A model generated the notes under the pieces. It searched no databases, was not told where the DNA came from, and saw nothing but the letters and a program-made list of their open reading frames with translations. A program made the position numbers and the translations under genes. 64,000 nt of DNA from Candidatus Falkowbacteria bacterium RIFOXYA2_FULL_47_19 (lineage in GTDB: Bacteria > Patescibacteriota > Patescibacteriia > Patescibacteriales > UBA12075): contig MFGB01000020.1 in assembly GCA_001780275.1 (NCBI GenBank), positions 168,813-232,812 on the forward strand, given 5' to 3'. Positions 1 through 10,370 of this stretch are shown one piece after another. Each line of letters opens with the position of its first letter. Position 1 is the first letter of the stretch.

Positions 1-990
1 GGCCTGGAAAAAGAAACGGTCAAAAAGATAAAAGAAATAAGGAATAGAAACGAAGAGGATAAGTTTTTAGATCTTGAATTGGAACGCGGCGGCGAAAATC
101 TGCGTCTGCGCTTTATCGGACAGGTCGATACAAAATATGATCCGGATAGGGAAAAAGATTATGCTACATGGGACCTGACGCCGCGGGAAGAGGCGGAAAG
201 ATGGCTTAATAGGGAAATATTGGTGGGGGAAAAAATTAATAAGTTTTTTTCGGCGGGAACGATTTCAGCTGATTCTTTGGTGGAATACAACCGTAGCCGC
301 AGGGTCGGCGAGATGTTTTTACTTAAAAAAATAAAATCAGCGGAAAAAGAAACGGAAGAATACGGCGAAGCGGAGGGCCGTCTCTTGGGGCAGACCCTTA
401 TAAATCTTCAGACCGGCCTGAACGCGACCGCAATGATAAAAGAAATCATGGTCGAGAACGGCATAAAGACAAAACTGGAAATGGAGCAGAGGATTTTTGA
501 GGATTATTTCGATAATTTTGATGGCTATATGGATAACTCCCGGGTGATCCTGGGCGATTTGAACAATGAAGACATAAAAGAAAATTTAGAAGCGCAAATG
601 GAAAAATACCGAGAGACGATAGAGGCCGGGCAACTTAACAAAGATGAATACGCCTTCGTCCATGGCGACGTAAATCTTGAAACGGCGCGTTTATCGGCCG
701 GCAAAATGTATTTAAGCGACTGGCGCCTTTCCGGCAAGACTCAGAATCGGGAATTGGCGATCGTTTACGATCTGGGAAATGCGTTCAACAGCGCGATAGA
801 AAATTTCGATACGGCCGCCCAGGCGGAGGAATTCATCCGCGGGGCCGAAAAAGCCGTTCGAGAGCACTATAAGGACCAATCAACCGCGGAGGCGGTCATT
901 CGGCTCGCGAAACTGCGTTCTTTCGCGATGATTTTAAACGATCTTAAAGGAGAAAAAAAGGATTTTGTCCGACAAGAACTGGGAATATAG
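1..990 (+). CDS. Phosphotransferase (APH/choline kinase-like) family protein, 5'-truncated by the window
   Basis: Frame is open from base 1. FVHGDVNLET...LSDW resembles the HGDxxxxN...IDW motifs of APH-like kinases, with the Asn replaced. Confidence 0.55.
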   Translation, partial: GLEKETVKKIKEIRNRNEEDKFLDLELERGGENLRLRFIGQVDTKYDPDREKDYATWDLTPREEAERWLNREILVGEKINKFFSAGTISADSLVEYNRSRRVGEMFLLKKIKSAEKETEEYGEAEGRLLGQTLINLQTGLNATAMIKEIMVENGIKTKLEMEQRIFEDYFDNFDGYMDNSRVILGDLNNEDIKENLEAQMEKYRETIEAGQLNKDEYAFVHGDVNLETARLSAGKMYLSDWRLSGKTQNRELAIVYDLGNAFNSAIENFDTAAQAEEFIRGAEKAVREHYKDQSTAEAVIRLAKLRSFAMILNDLKGEKKDFVRQELGI

Positions 991-1008
991 TTTAAATATC
1001 TATAATAA

Positions 1009-1037
1009 AAAAGAACCGGGTCGAACCCGGTTCTTTT
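1009..1037. terminator. Bidirectional intrinsic terminator
   Basis: aaaagaaccggg-tcgaa-cccggttctttt between convergent genes. Confidence 0.85.
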
Positions 1038-1068
1038 ATGTTAATCCGGAATGTTTAATTTGAATTAA

Positions 1069-3735
1069 TTAAATCCATGTTACGCAAGCCACGCGATCCC
1101 CCTGATCCTTAAAACGCATCAAGCGCACGCCTTGTGTGTCCCGTCCCGATTCGTTGACCGTGGAGAAGGGTAGTCGGATCACCTGGCCTTTTTCCGAGAT
1201 GATCACTATGTCGCGTTCGTTCATATAATCCGTATTGACGACATAGGCGTTTACCAGCTTGCCGGTTTTAGTCGTTACTTTGGCGGTCTTAATACCGGAC
1301 CCGCCGCGACCCTGCAATTTATAGTGCTCTAAGGGGGTGCGCTTGCCGAATCCCTGCTCCATAATCGATAATATCTGGTATTTTTTCTCGAACTCTTTGT
1401 CGCTACGGATGACTCCCATGCCGACGACCGAATCGCCTCCCTTAAGCCTTATTCCGCGCACGCCGGTAGCGCCTCGTCCCATATCGCGGACATCCTTTTC
1501 TTTAAAGCGAACCGCCTGGCCTCCGGCCGTAATAAGCTGGATCTGGTCAGAGCCGCTGGTCGGTTTCGCCCAGATAAGCTTATCGTCATTTTTTATTTTT
1601 ATCGCGATCAACCCGGAACGGCGGACATTGGAGAAAGAGCTTAGGGCCACTTTCTTGACCAATCCTTTTTCCGTGGTAAAGAAAAGATAGGCGCTTTCGA
1701 TCAATTTATCGAGGGGCAGGGTCGAGGTTACTTTTTCTCCGCCGGCCAGCTGCAGAAAATTCACGATCGCTTGTCCCTTGGCCGTCCGCGTAGCTGCCGG
1801 TATTTCATAGGCTTTCAACTGGAAAGCCCGTCCGCGTGTCGTGAAAAAAAGAATATCGGAATGGGTCTGGGTTGTGAACATAAATTCGACCATATCCTCT
1901 TCTTTGGTCGTAAGGCCGATCACGCCCTTACCTCCCCGTCCCTGAACTTTAAAAGTGTCCGGGGTCATCCGTTTTATGTAGCCATCCCGGGTCATAAATA
2001 CCACAGCCTCTTCATTCGGCACCAGGTCTTCGACCGAGAAATCACTGACGCCATGGGGAACCACCAGCGTTCTTCTGTCATCGCCGTACTTTTCCCCTAG
2101 TTTAACGACCTCATCTTTGATTATATTCTTTATCTTGGTTTTGGATTTTAAGATTTCCTCAAGCTCTTTTATTATTCTTTTCTTTTCTTTCAGCTCTGTT
2201 TCTATCTTCAATCTTTCGAGATTGGCCAGCGTGGAGAGCTTCATGTCAAGGATCGCGATTACCTGCTTTTCCGACAATTTGAATTGCTTAATGAGATTTA
2301 TTTTGGCCGTTTCCCTGTCTTTGCTCGCTTTTATGGTTTTAATGACAGCATCGATCTTATTCAAGGCGATCATTAAGCCCTCGAGTATGTGGGCGCGTTC
2401 GCGGGCTTTATTAAGGTCGAATTGGGTCCGGCGGCGAACCACTACCTCCCGGTGCTTTATATATTCTTCGAGGGCCATTTTAAGTGTAAGCACTTTCGGC
2501 TGGAGTCCGTCCACTAAAGCCAGGATGTTCACGTGGAAAGTTTCCTGAAGCTGCGTATGTTTATATAAACCATTAAGGATCTTTTTCGGATAAGCGTCTT
2601 TTTTAAGCTCGATCACTATCCGGACGCCCTCTTTATCGGATTCGTCGCGCAGGTCTTTTATTCCTTCCAGCTTCTTGTTTTTGATTAGATCCGCGATTTT
2701 TTCAACCAGTACCGACTTGTTTACCTGGTAAGGTATTTCCGTGATCTCGATCCTGAATTTACCTCCCGCATCCTCGATTATGTCCGCCTTGCCCCGGACG
2801 ACGATTCCGCCTTTGCCGGTGGCGTAGGTTTGCATGATGTCCTTTTGGTTGTAAATTATGCCGCCGGTCGGAAAGTCGGGACCCTTGACGAACTGTGTCA
2901 GGTCTTCGGCGGTCGCGTCCGGATTGTCGATCAAATGGTTGATCGCGGCGGTAAGCTCGCGCAGGTTATGCGGCGGGATGTTCGTGGACATGCCCACGGC
3001 GATCCCAACCGTGCCGTTCAAGAGCAGATTCGGCAGCTTAGCCGGCATAACCAGCGGTTCTTTATGCGAGCCGTCGAAATTAGGCACAAAATCGACCGTG
3101 GCTTTTTCAATATCGAATAGCAAGTCTTCCGAAATGGGGGACATTTTCGCTTCCGTATAACGCATGGCCGCCGGCCGGTCCCCGTCCATTGAACCGAAGT
3201 TTCCCTGGCCGCGTACAAGCGGGTAGCGCAAGGCGAAATCCTGAGCCATGCGGGCCATTGAATCATAAACAGCCGTGTCGCCGTGCGGATGATATTTACC
3301 CAAGACTTCTCCGACCACCGTAGCTGATTTGCGGAATTTGCCGCCGGCCCTGAGGCCTATCGACCACATCGCGTAAAGTATCCGGCGATGTACCGGTTTT
3401 AAGCCGTCGCGCGCGTCAGGAAGAGCGCGGGAGACGATCACGCTCATTGCATAATCAAGATAAGACCGGCTCATTTCGGCGGAAATAGGCAAGGGTTCGA
3501 CGATTCCGTAGGGGGTCTGCTGCCTTTCTCCCACTATAAGATTTTTAGTTTCGGCCGAAGGGGTCGATTCGGATTTTTTTTGTTCTTCGTCTTCCGGCTC
3601 TTTCGCGTCGGCTTTTTTCAGCTCTTCTTCGTTAACGGGCTTAGCGTCTGTTTTTTTGTCAATTTTAATTTCAGGTTTTTTAGCGCTTTTTTTATCTTTA
3701 GCCGCCTTAGGGGCGGTTTTCTTGATTTTAGCCAT
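1069..3735 (-). CDS. gyrA: DNA gyrase subunit A
   Basis: [30 protein letters not shown] (catalytic Tyr), GyrA-box QGRGGKG and C-terminal pinwheel repeats. Has a charged N-terminal extension. Confidence 0.98.
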   Translation of the reverse strand: MAKIKKTAPKAAKDKKSAKKPEIKIDKKTDAKPVNEEELKKADAKEPEDEEQKKSESTPSAETKNLIVGERQQTPYGIVEPLPISAEMSRSYLDYAMSVIVSRALPDARDGLKPVHRRILYAMWSIGLRAGGKFRKSATVVGEVLGKYHPHGDTAVYDSMARMAQDFALRYPLVRGQGNFGSMDGDRPAAMRYTEAKMSPISEDLLFDIEKATVDFVPNFDGSHKEPLVMPAKLPNLLLNGTVGIAVGMSTNIPPHNLRELTAAINHLIDNPDATAEDLTQFVKGPDFPTGGIIYNQKDIMQTYATGKGGIVVRGKADIIEDAGGKFRIEITEIPYQVNKSVLVEKIADLIKNKKLEGIKDLRDESDKEGVRIVIELKKDAYPKKILNGLYKHTQLQETFHVNILALVDGLQPKVLTLKMALEEYIKHREVVVRRRTQFDLNKARERAHILEGLMIALNKIDAVIKTIKASKDRETAKINLIKQFKLSEKQVIAILDMKLSTLANLERLKIETELKEKKRIIKELEEILKSKTKIKNIIKDEVVKLGEKYGDDRRTLVVPHGVSDFSVEDLVPNEEAVVFMTRDGYIKRMTPDTFKVQGRGGKGVIGLTTKEEDMVEFMFTTQTHSDILFFTTRGRAFQLKAYEIPAATRTAKGQAIVNFLQLAGGEKVTSTLPLDKLIESAYLFFTTEKGLVKKVALSSFSNVRRSGLIAIKIKNDDKLIWAKPTSGSDQIQLITAGGQAVRFKEKDVRDMGRGATGVRGIRLKGGDSVVGMGVIRSDKEFEKKYQILSIMEQGFGKRTPLEHYKLQGRGGSGIKTAKVTTKTGKLVNAYVVNTDYMNERDIVIISEKGQVIRLPFSTVNESGRDTQGVRLMRFKDQGDRVACVTWI

Positions 3736-3772
3736 TTTATTTTAGTAATATTAATAATTAGAAACAGGATAA

Positions 3773-4399
3773 TTATTGTTGCATCTTTCCTTCCAATTCT
3801 TCCAGTCTGGTTTTTAATTTTTTAATTTCTTCTTCGGCGGCTTTTATGTTGATATCTGTGGTGGTGGCGTGTTCCGTGGTGGTAGCAGGCGCTTCTTCGT
3901 TCACGCGGTTAGGAATAACGGCGTCTTCTCCGCCGTCGGACGAATCGACCGTTTTAATGGTTTCAAGATCCGCTTTTAATTCATTCATTTTTTCCGCTAT
4001 TTCTTTGGCGGCCGTTTGCCATTCGGTTAAAATCGCGGCTTCAGCCCCATTGCCCTCGGAAGCTGTTTCTCGGAATACCCGGCTTGTGTTGCGGACCCAA
4101 AAGAAAGCGATAAGGATCATGAAAAAAATAACCCCGCTCCATAAAATAAGATTCTTGTCCTTTTCGATATTTTCAGACAGTATAATGCCCGGCTTAGGTT
4201 CTGTCGGTATATTTTTTGAACTAATCGCCTCTTTATTTATATCGCCTTCCGTTAAAAGCGAAGGTATTATTGGGGTTGTTTCAATTTTTTTTACCGGCGG
4301 CTTTTTAACTTTAATCTTCAGGGCGTGTTTGGTTTTTACCGGTTTTTTGGGGCCGGCTTGAATGGCTTTACGAGTGGTTTTTTTAGTTTTGGCGGGCAT
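3773..4399 (-). CDS. Hypothetical single-pass membrane protein with Lys-rich N-terminus and coiled coils
   Basis: 208-aa ORF with TM segment LILWSGVIFFMILIAFFWV, co-oriented with gyrA. Confidence 0.75.
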   Translation of the reverse strand: MPAKTKKTTRKAIQAGPKKPVKTKHALKIKVKKPPVKKIETTPIIPSLLTEGDINKEAISSKNIPTEPKPGIILSENIEKDKNLILWSGVIFFMILIAFFWVRNTSRVFRETASEGNGAEAAILTEWQTAAKEIAEKMNELKADLETIKTVDSSDGGEDAVIPNRVNEEAPATTTEHATTTDINIKAAEEEIKKLKTRLEELEGKMQQ

Positions 4400-4538
4400 A
4401 TTTAAAATTTTTATTACTAAAGAAAAATCACCCCCAAATAGTGTGAAATATGGTTTAATTGTACCAAAATAAAGGAAAAAAGTAAAGCCTAAAATACGCC
4501 AAAAAAATATTTGAAATAAGTTAAAAATAGGGCCTGAA

Positions 4539-4567
4539 TTGCCAAAAAAGCGAAAAAAAACTATAAT
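4539..4567 (+). promoter_or_regulatory. sigma70-type promoter for a small ORF
   Basis: TTGCCA-17 nt-TATAAT. Confidence 0.7.
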
Positions 4568-4603
4568 AGATAACAGGGATATGATTTAAAAATTAATATT
4601 TAT

Positions 4604-4687
4604 ATGGGACTGGTAAACTATTTTATCTTCGGCATAATTTTTGTCGCCGTCATTGTGGGAGTTTATGCCTACAACAAATTAAATTAA
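4604..4687 (+). CDS. 27-aa small membrane protein (below ORF track cutoff)
   Basis: MGLVNYFIFGIIFVAVIVGVYAYNKLN*, a single hydrophobic helix flanked by a promoter and a terminator. Confidence 0.65.
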   Translation: MGLVNYFIFGIIFVAVIVGVYAYNKLN

Positions 4688-4697
4688 GTGAAAAAAT

Positions 4698-4728
4698 AAA
4701 AAAGACGGAGAATTTTCCGTCTTTTTTT
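4698..4728. terminator. Bidirectional intrinsic terminator
   Basis: aaaaaagacgga-gaattt-tccgtctttttt. Confidence 0.85.
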
Positions 4729-4745
4729 ATTTCGTATTTTTGTTC

Positions 4746-5390
4746 TTACGGTTTTAGTATGACTAATTCCACGTCTTCCTGCGGCAATTCTTTTTTGGTT
4801 ATTTTTAGTTTATCTTCATAGGTCGGTTTAAGACCCATTTCCTTAATGAATTTATCGACGCCGTCCAGTTTTACTTTTAGCCCGGGCAGAGCGTAGTGCA
4901 TCGGTATGATTATTCTGGGCTCGATTTGACTGACTATTTCAACCGCTGTTTTCGCGTTTATCGTATAAGTTCCTCCTACGGGAATAAGCAATATATCGGT
5001 GCCCACCATAAGATCAAGCTGCTTGCTGTCAAGAATATGTCCCAGGTCGCCAAGGTGGGACACGGAAATGTCATCGACCTCTATGCGGAAGATTATGTTT
5101 TTTCCTCTTTCTTTCCCCCGTTTATCGTCATGGTCGGATTCGGCGCCGGCGATGGTTATGCCTTTTACGTCATACTCTCCGGCCTGATCGATGATAAAGG
5201 GGGTGCCGCGTAAGGCTTTTACGTTGTTATGATCGGTATGATCGTGACTTACCGTAACGATGTCCGATTCAAAACTTGGAACTTTAAGACCGATCGACTT
5301 ATCGAACGGATCGGTGGTGATCGTTATGCCGTCAGAGCCGACCTTGTTTTGGATTTTAAAACAGGAGTGGCCGAGCCAGGTTATGAACAT
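4746..5390 (-). CDS. MBL-fold metallo-hydrolase (Zn-dependent hydrolase)
   Basis: ITWLGHSCF, TDPF, SHDHTDH, HLGD and IPMHY motifs. Confidence 0.9.
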   Translation of the reverse strand: MFITWLGHSCFKIQNKVGSDGITITTDPFDKSIGLKVPSFESDIVTVSHDHTDHNNVKALRGTPFIIDQAGEYDVKGITIAGAESDHDDKRGKERGKNIIFRIEVDDISVSHLGDLGHILDSKQLDLMVGTDILLIPVGGTYTINAKTAVEIVSQIEPRIIIPMHYALPGLKVKLDGVDKFIKEMGLKPTYEDKLKITKKELPQEDVELVILKP

Positions 5391-5455
5391 ACGTTTTTTG
5401 TTACTAGTTAATTAGGTATTTTTATTTTCAGGCAAAAACCCCTTGTTGTCAATAG

Positions 5456-8113
5456 TCAGCGGGAAAATAATTTTTCAAAGTCATCGATTTTAGCGGCCGT
5501 TTTTTGGCGGTTATTTTTTTTCGCGTCCTTTTCGGCGGTCTGTTTATTCTCCCCGTCTTTTTTTTCTTCTTTTTCATCGTTTTCACCCTCTTCTTCATCA
5601 CTATCATCATCGCCGTTTTCTTCGTTTTCGTGCTCATTATTATTTTCTTCATCATCTTCTTCATCTTCTTTCGATTCCAGATCTTCTTCTTCGTTTTTGT
5701 CATTATTTTCCTCTTCCTCTTCCTTGAACACGACGTCATCGCGGCCTTCGTCATCTTCATCTTCGTTGTCGCCGTCTAAGTAGTTTTCCGGTACTTGCGC
5801 CTCCGCGCGGTTATGGAGGGCGACCCCGGAAACCCCCCGGCTTTCCATGGCGGCGTATTGTTCTTTGGTAATAAGGATCTCGCGCGGTTTGGCGCCGTTA
5901 ACCGGACCAACCACGCCGATTTTCTCCAGCTGGTCTAAAATACTGGCGGCACGGGCGTAACCGATGCGTAATTTGCGCTGCAGGAGAGAGGCTGAGGCTT
6001 TGCCCATGTTTATTATGATGTCCCTGGCCTCATGAAGCATGTCGTCATCGCCCTCGTTGCCGTCAAAACCAAAGCCGCCCGCGCCATGCGCGTTTTGCTT
6101 ATCGGTAATGCTGTCCACGTAGTTTGGCTGGCTGGCTTTTTTCTTTACATAGGCCACGATCTTTTTTATTTCATTATCGCTTACGTACGCCCCCTGCAAA
6201 CGGACCGGCTTGGATAATTCGGCGTTAAGGAAAAGCATGTCGCCGCGCCCCAGAAGTTTTTCGGCGCCGAGGGAATCGAGAATCGTCCGCGAATCTGTGC
6301 CGGAAGCCACTGAAAAAGCGACCCGGGCGGGCATATTGGCCTTGATAAGTCCGGTAATAACATCCACGCTCGGACGCTGGGTAGCCAGGACCAGATGGAT
6401 GCCTACTGCTCGGGCCATTTGCGCCAAACGGATCACGCCGGCCTCGATGTCGCGGGCGGCCGCGACCATAAGATCGGCTAACTCGTCGATGATAAAGATT
6501 ATATAAGGCATTTTAACGGCGGCGCTTTCGTTATAACCCTGGATATTCCTCTTGCCGTGTTTCGCGAGGATATCGAAGCGACGGTCCATTTCGTTTATGC
6601 ACCATTTAAGGGCGTTGATCGTTTTCGGCACTTCAGTGATAACCTCGGTCAATAAATAAGGGATCCCGTTGTACATCGGCAATTCGACGCGTTTAGGGTC
6701 GACCATGATGAATCGGAGGTTATCCGGATTATTCTGAAACATCAGGCTCACTATGATTGTATTCAGACACACCGATTTTCCGGAATTGGTCGCGCCCGCC
6801 ACAAGGAGATGCGGCATTTTCGTGATATCGTCCAGCCAGGAGCTTCCGGCGACGTCCTTGCCCAAAGCCAGCATTAAATTATTTTTTCTTTCTTTGTAAG
6901 CCTTAGCGGAGAGAACCTCTTTTAAGGAAACGATCGCTTTCGCCTGATTCGGGACCTCTACGCCGACTAAATGGCGGCCGGGGATCGGCGCCTCGATGCG
7001 GATGGGGTGCGCGGCCAGCGCGAGCGCCAGGTCGTTCGATAAATTCGTGATACGCGACAATTTGACCCCTTCTGCCGGACGGAATGTGTATTGCGTGACC
7101 GTTGGTCCGACGCTCACTTCGCCCATGTCCACGGTAATGCCGAAATTTTTTAAAGCTTTTTGGATGATGTCTTTGTTTTCATTAATATTGCCGCTGGTCG
7201 GTTTTTCTTTTTTATTATCAAGAAGACTTAGGGGTATGTTCATTTCTATATTAGTGGGCTTCCACCACACGTCATCAACCCCACTGTTTTTAAGGGGCGC
7301 GGCCTTAAAGGGGGTGGGTACCCCCTCCTCTTCTTCTTCATTTTCTTTTTCTTCTTCTTCTTCTTCTTCTTCTTCATTTTCTTCTTCCTCCTCCTCTTCT
7401 TCTTCATTTTCTTCTTCCTCTTCTTCTTCGCCCTCTTCCCCCTCCTCTTCTTCGCCCTCTTCTTCTTCTTCTTCTTCTTCGTCCTCTTCCTCTTCCTCCT
7501 TTTCTTCGCTCTCCTCTTTACCCCTTGATCCGAATAATTTTAATAATAAAAAGTTTAGCGGATAAAGCAGTTTAGCGATTAAACTTTCCCGGCCAAAAAG
7601 GCCCACCAGTGTCGTATTAAATAAAAGTAATAGGGAAATCACCAATAAGACGATAGACACTAAAAACGCGGCGATAAATCCCATAAGTTTCAATAATATT
7701 CCGGCTGGATAATAACCGACATAACCCCCGCCAAAGCCCTCCTTAAGACCGATCATCCATTGATCCGTCTCTACGAACAAAAAAAGCAAAGTATGAAAAG
7801 ACAGGACAAAAACAAACAGACCTAGATAATTTCCTCCTCGGATCTCGAATCTCTCTTCGTCATAAAGCATATATCCCCACCCCATAAGAATAACCGGAAT
7901 AAGCCATTTCCCCCAACCAAAAAGGGAGACTAGGCCGATTTTCAGGTATATCCCTAAAAGACCGGCTAAATCAAAAAGGCTTAAGGCTCCCAGGGCGCCT
8001 AAGGCCATGATCAATACGATGAAAATACCCTTTTTTGTATCCGGATCAAGCTCCAGCTCCGGCAGTCGGGGCAAGGAAATGTAATCCAGGATACTTCTTT
8101 TTCTGCGTCGCAT
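5456..8113 (-). CDS. ftsK: DNA translocase FtsK/SpoIIIE
   Basis: N-terminal TM domain, PHLLVAGATNSGKS, IIDELADLM, LATQRPSVDVITG and gamma domain (SLLQRKLRIGYARAA). ATG at 8113 is the likely start. Confidence 0.96.
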   Translation of the reverse strand: MRRRKRSILDYISLPRLPELELDPDTKKGIFIVLIMALGALGALSLFDLAGLLGIYLKIGLVSLFGWGKWLIPVILMGWGYMLYDEERFEIRGGNYLGLFVFVLSFHTLLFLFVETDQWMIGLKEGFGGGYVGYYPAGILLKLMGFIAAFLVSIVLLVISLLLLFNTTLVGLFGRESLIAKLLYPLNFLLLKLFGSRGKEESEEKEEEEEDEEEEEEEEGEEEEGEEGEEEEEEENEEEEEEEEENEEEEEEEEEKENEEEEEGVPTPFKAAPLKNSGVDDVWWKPTNIEMNIPLSLLDNKKEKPTSGNINENKDIIQKALKNFGITVDMGEVSVGPTVTQYTFRPAEGVKLSRITNLSNDLALALAAHPIRIEAPIPGRHLVGVEVPNQAKAIVSLKEVLSAKAYKERKNNLMLALGKDVAGSSWLDDITKMPHLLVAGATNSGKSVCLNTIIVSLMFQNNPDNLRFIMVDPKRVELPMYNGIPYLLTEVITEVPKTINALKWCINEMDRRFDILAKHGKRNIQGYNESAAVKMPYIIFIIDELADLMVAAARDIEAGVIRLAQMARAVGIHLVLATQRPSVDVITGLIKANMPARVAFSVASGTDSRTILDSLGAEKLLGRGDMLFLNAELSKPVRLQGAYVSDNEIKKIVAYVKKKASQPNYVDSITDKQNAHGAGGFGFDGNEGDDDMLHEARDIIINMGKASASLLQRKLRIGYARAASILDQLEKIGVVGPVNGAKPREILITKEQYAAMESRGVSGVALHNRAEAQVPENYLDGDNEDEDDEGRDDVVFKEEEEENNDKNEEEDLESKEDEEDDEENNNEHENEENGDDDSDEEEGENDEKEEKKDGENKQTAEKDAKKNNRQKTAAKIDDFEKLFSR
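7325..7515 (-). repeat. Poly-Glu (GAA/GAG) low-complexity tract within ftsK
   Basis: About 60 codons, almost all Glu. Confidence 0.9.
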
Positions 8114-8293
8114 AATTTTTACTACTAAAAAATAAGGCAAACCTTACCTTGTATTATAGAATTATTATAACATATTACGAAGACAAAAAAAATGTATTAT
8201 AAATATGCAAAATTTTGTTTTGTTAAGGTTTACTTTTTTTCTTGAAAAATTCACTATAATAAGCTATGATTTAGGAAAAGCAACTTGTTTTGT

Positions 8294-10096
8294 ATGAGTA
8301 TAGAAAAATCAAATGACCAAAAAAAAGCCGATAGCCACTTAAAGATCTGGGAAGACGAGATTTCGGGATCGATCAATCGAAGTTCCCGGGAAATAGGTAT
8401 TTACGACCGGACGAAAATCGAAGAAAAGATCAAGGGTTTAGCCCGGGAAACGGCCGATAAAAAAGAACTGGAATTTTTAGGGGTACTTAAAAGAGTAAGC
8501 CCCGAAGCCGGAGTCTATCTTGTTGGCGGTTCAGTCCGTGACGCGATCTTAGGTCGTAAATCAAAAGATATCGACTTGCTTATTAACCGGATCGACCCGG
8601 TCGGGGCCGTCGAAGTTTTATCACATTACGGCAAGGTCGTTTTCGACAAGAACCCTAATGCTGATTTGTCGGCTTTATCCCGCGAAGAAAAAGAAAAACT
8701 ACTCAAGGAAACATACGGAATCATAAAATTCCTGCCACGCGACTCCGAATCGGAAGAGCTTATTGATATCGGTTATCCGCGCTTAGACGATTATACCGAG
8801 GCCGGAAGATCCGGTATCAGCGGTATTAAAAATGACGCCGTTTCCATAACCGATCCGGATTTACCGATCGCGGAAGATTTAAAAAGGCGCGATCTGACCA
8901 TTAACGCGATTGCCGTCAATCTTTTAAACGGAGAAATAGTCGATCAACACGGCGGCATTGAGGACGTTATAAGGGGGCGTATCAGGGCCGTCGGAGATCC
9001 GGAAAGGATGCTTAAAGAAGATATGTCCCGCTGTTTTCGCGCCATCCGCTTCGCCTGCGTTTTTGGCGCGGATATAGAACCGGATTTAAAAAGAATAATC
9101 AGGAAAATATTCCGGCCGGCACTTAAGAGTTCGTCGGAAATATACGGGAATGAGCCGGAGAAGCTTAAAAAAATAAAAGCGTTGGAAGAAGATATCCGCT
9201 CTGAATTCGAGATAAGAACGGACAATCTTCCTCTTTGCCTACAGGTATTTTGGGATAAAACGCAGAATAAAGCCCGGATGGCCGTCGCCAAAGAAGTGAT
9301 GGGGGCGGAAATAATGAAAGCGATAAACGCGGACCCGGTCAAATTTACCGAGCTTATGGATGAAACCGGAGGCCTGGAGGTGATATTGCCAGAAGTGGCC
9401 CGGCTTAAGAACATAGCGCAATCCCCTGAACATCATCGGGAAGGGGATGTTTTCCGCCACACCATGATGGTTCTTAGAAACCTGCCGCTGGGCGCGTCTT
9501 TTAGGGTTAAGCTGGCCGCTCTTTGCCATGATCTGGGAAAGATCGAAACATGGAAAAAGAATGAGGATGGCAGTATTTCCTTTAAGGGCCATAATCGTCA
9601 AAGCGCCGTATTAGCGGAACGAGTGGCCGATCGGTTCAGGCTAAAAAAGAACCTGAAAGAAGACGTGCTTTGGCTGGTCCAAAACCACATGGAGCCGATC
9701 CTGGGTAATGTCAGGTCCATAAAGAACAACACGCTCGAGAAAAAGTTTTTGAAATCGGACGATTTGACGGACGACCTGATCACGCTCGCCCGCGCCGATT
9801 CTCTGGGATCGATCCCGGAAAGAGGCGCGCCGGACACGGAAAACGTCGACCATTTTGCCGCCCGGATAAATGAGCTAAGAAAAAAGCTTAGCGTTGTCGG
9901 ACGGAATACTCCCCCTATCGTAACCGGCGGCGAACTGTTAAAAATGGGATTCGAGCCCGGCCCCCGCATAAGAGAAATACTGGAGGCGGTCAGAGAAGAG
10001 CAGTTAAAAGGCGGAATCGATCAAAAAGATATTTCCCGCGAGTACATAGATGAGATCGTGGCAAAGAAAGATTCCGAAGATTTCATTAGCGCATGA
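8294..10096 (+). CDS. cca: tRNA nucleotidyltransferase (CCA-adding/poly(A) polymerase family) with HD domain
   Basis: VGGSVRD, DID, DLKRRDLTINAIA, HHREGDVFRHT and CHDLGK. Specificity (CCA vs CC/A-adding) cannot be resolved by eye. Confidence 0.88.
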   Translation: MSIEKSNDQKKADSHLKIWEDEISGSINRSSREIGIYDRTKIEEKIKGLARETADKKELEFLGVLKRVSPEAGVYLVGGSVRDAILGRKSKDIDLLINRIDPVGAVEVLSHYGKVVFDKNPNADLSALSREEKEKLLKETYGIIKFLPRDSESEELIDIGYPRLDDYTEAGRSGISGIKNDAVSITDPDLPIAEDLKRRDLTINAIAVNLLNGEIVDQHGGIEDVIRGRIRAVGDPERMLKEDMSRCFRAIRFACVFGADIEPDLKRIIRKIFRPALKSSSEIYGNEPEKLKKIKALEEDIRSEFEIRTDNLPLCLQVFWDKTQNKARMAVAKEVMGAEIMKAINADPVKFTELMDETGGLEVILPEVARLKNIAQSPEHHREGDVFRHTMMVLRNLPLGASFRVKLAALCHDLGKIETWKKNEDGSISFKGHNRQSAVLAERVADRFRLKKNLKEDVLWLVQNHMEPILGNVRSIKNNTLEKKFLKSDDLTDDLITLARADSLGSIPERGAPDTENVDHFAARINELRKKLSVVGRNTPPIVTGGELLKMGFEPGPRIREILEAVREEQLKGGIDQKDISREYIDEIVAKKDSEDFISA

Positions 10097-10261
10097 TTTG
10101 TCGGTCTGAGGGATATTGACTTTAAAACGGTTATAATATAAAGTGAAGACAAGAATAAATTATAATAAGATCCTTTTTATATTTGGGCTTGTCGGCCTGT
10201 AACTCATAAGTCAAGCGCTTTAAGGAGAGGCGCTTTTTTATTTGGCGATTTGCATTTCAAA

Positions 10262-10290
10262 TTGACAGAATTATTTTCCGGCGCTAACAT
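10262..10290 (+). promoter_or_regulatory. sigma70 promoter of proline dehydrogenase
   Basis: TTGACA-17 nt-TAACAT. Confidence 0.7.
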
Positions 10291-10370
10291 TAAAACAGTT
10301 AAGTATGGCAAGTTCTTTAAAATAAAAGGCCAGGATTAAGACGGCTTTCGCGTTCGCGGGGAGGAAAAAA

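Noticed and set aside
1337..3825. Many alternative-frame and antisense ORFs over gyrA (and similarly over ftsK, smc, aor, glyA and others)
   Set aside because: Shadow ORFs of well-supported genes with no recognisable motifs.
5449..7565. K/M-rich, F-rich and poly-Ser ORFs overlapping ftsK
   Set aside because: Alternative readings of the acidic low-complexity tracts.
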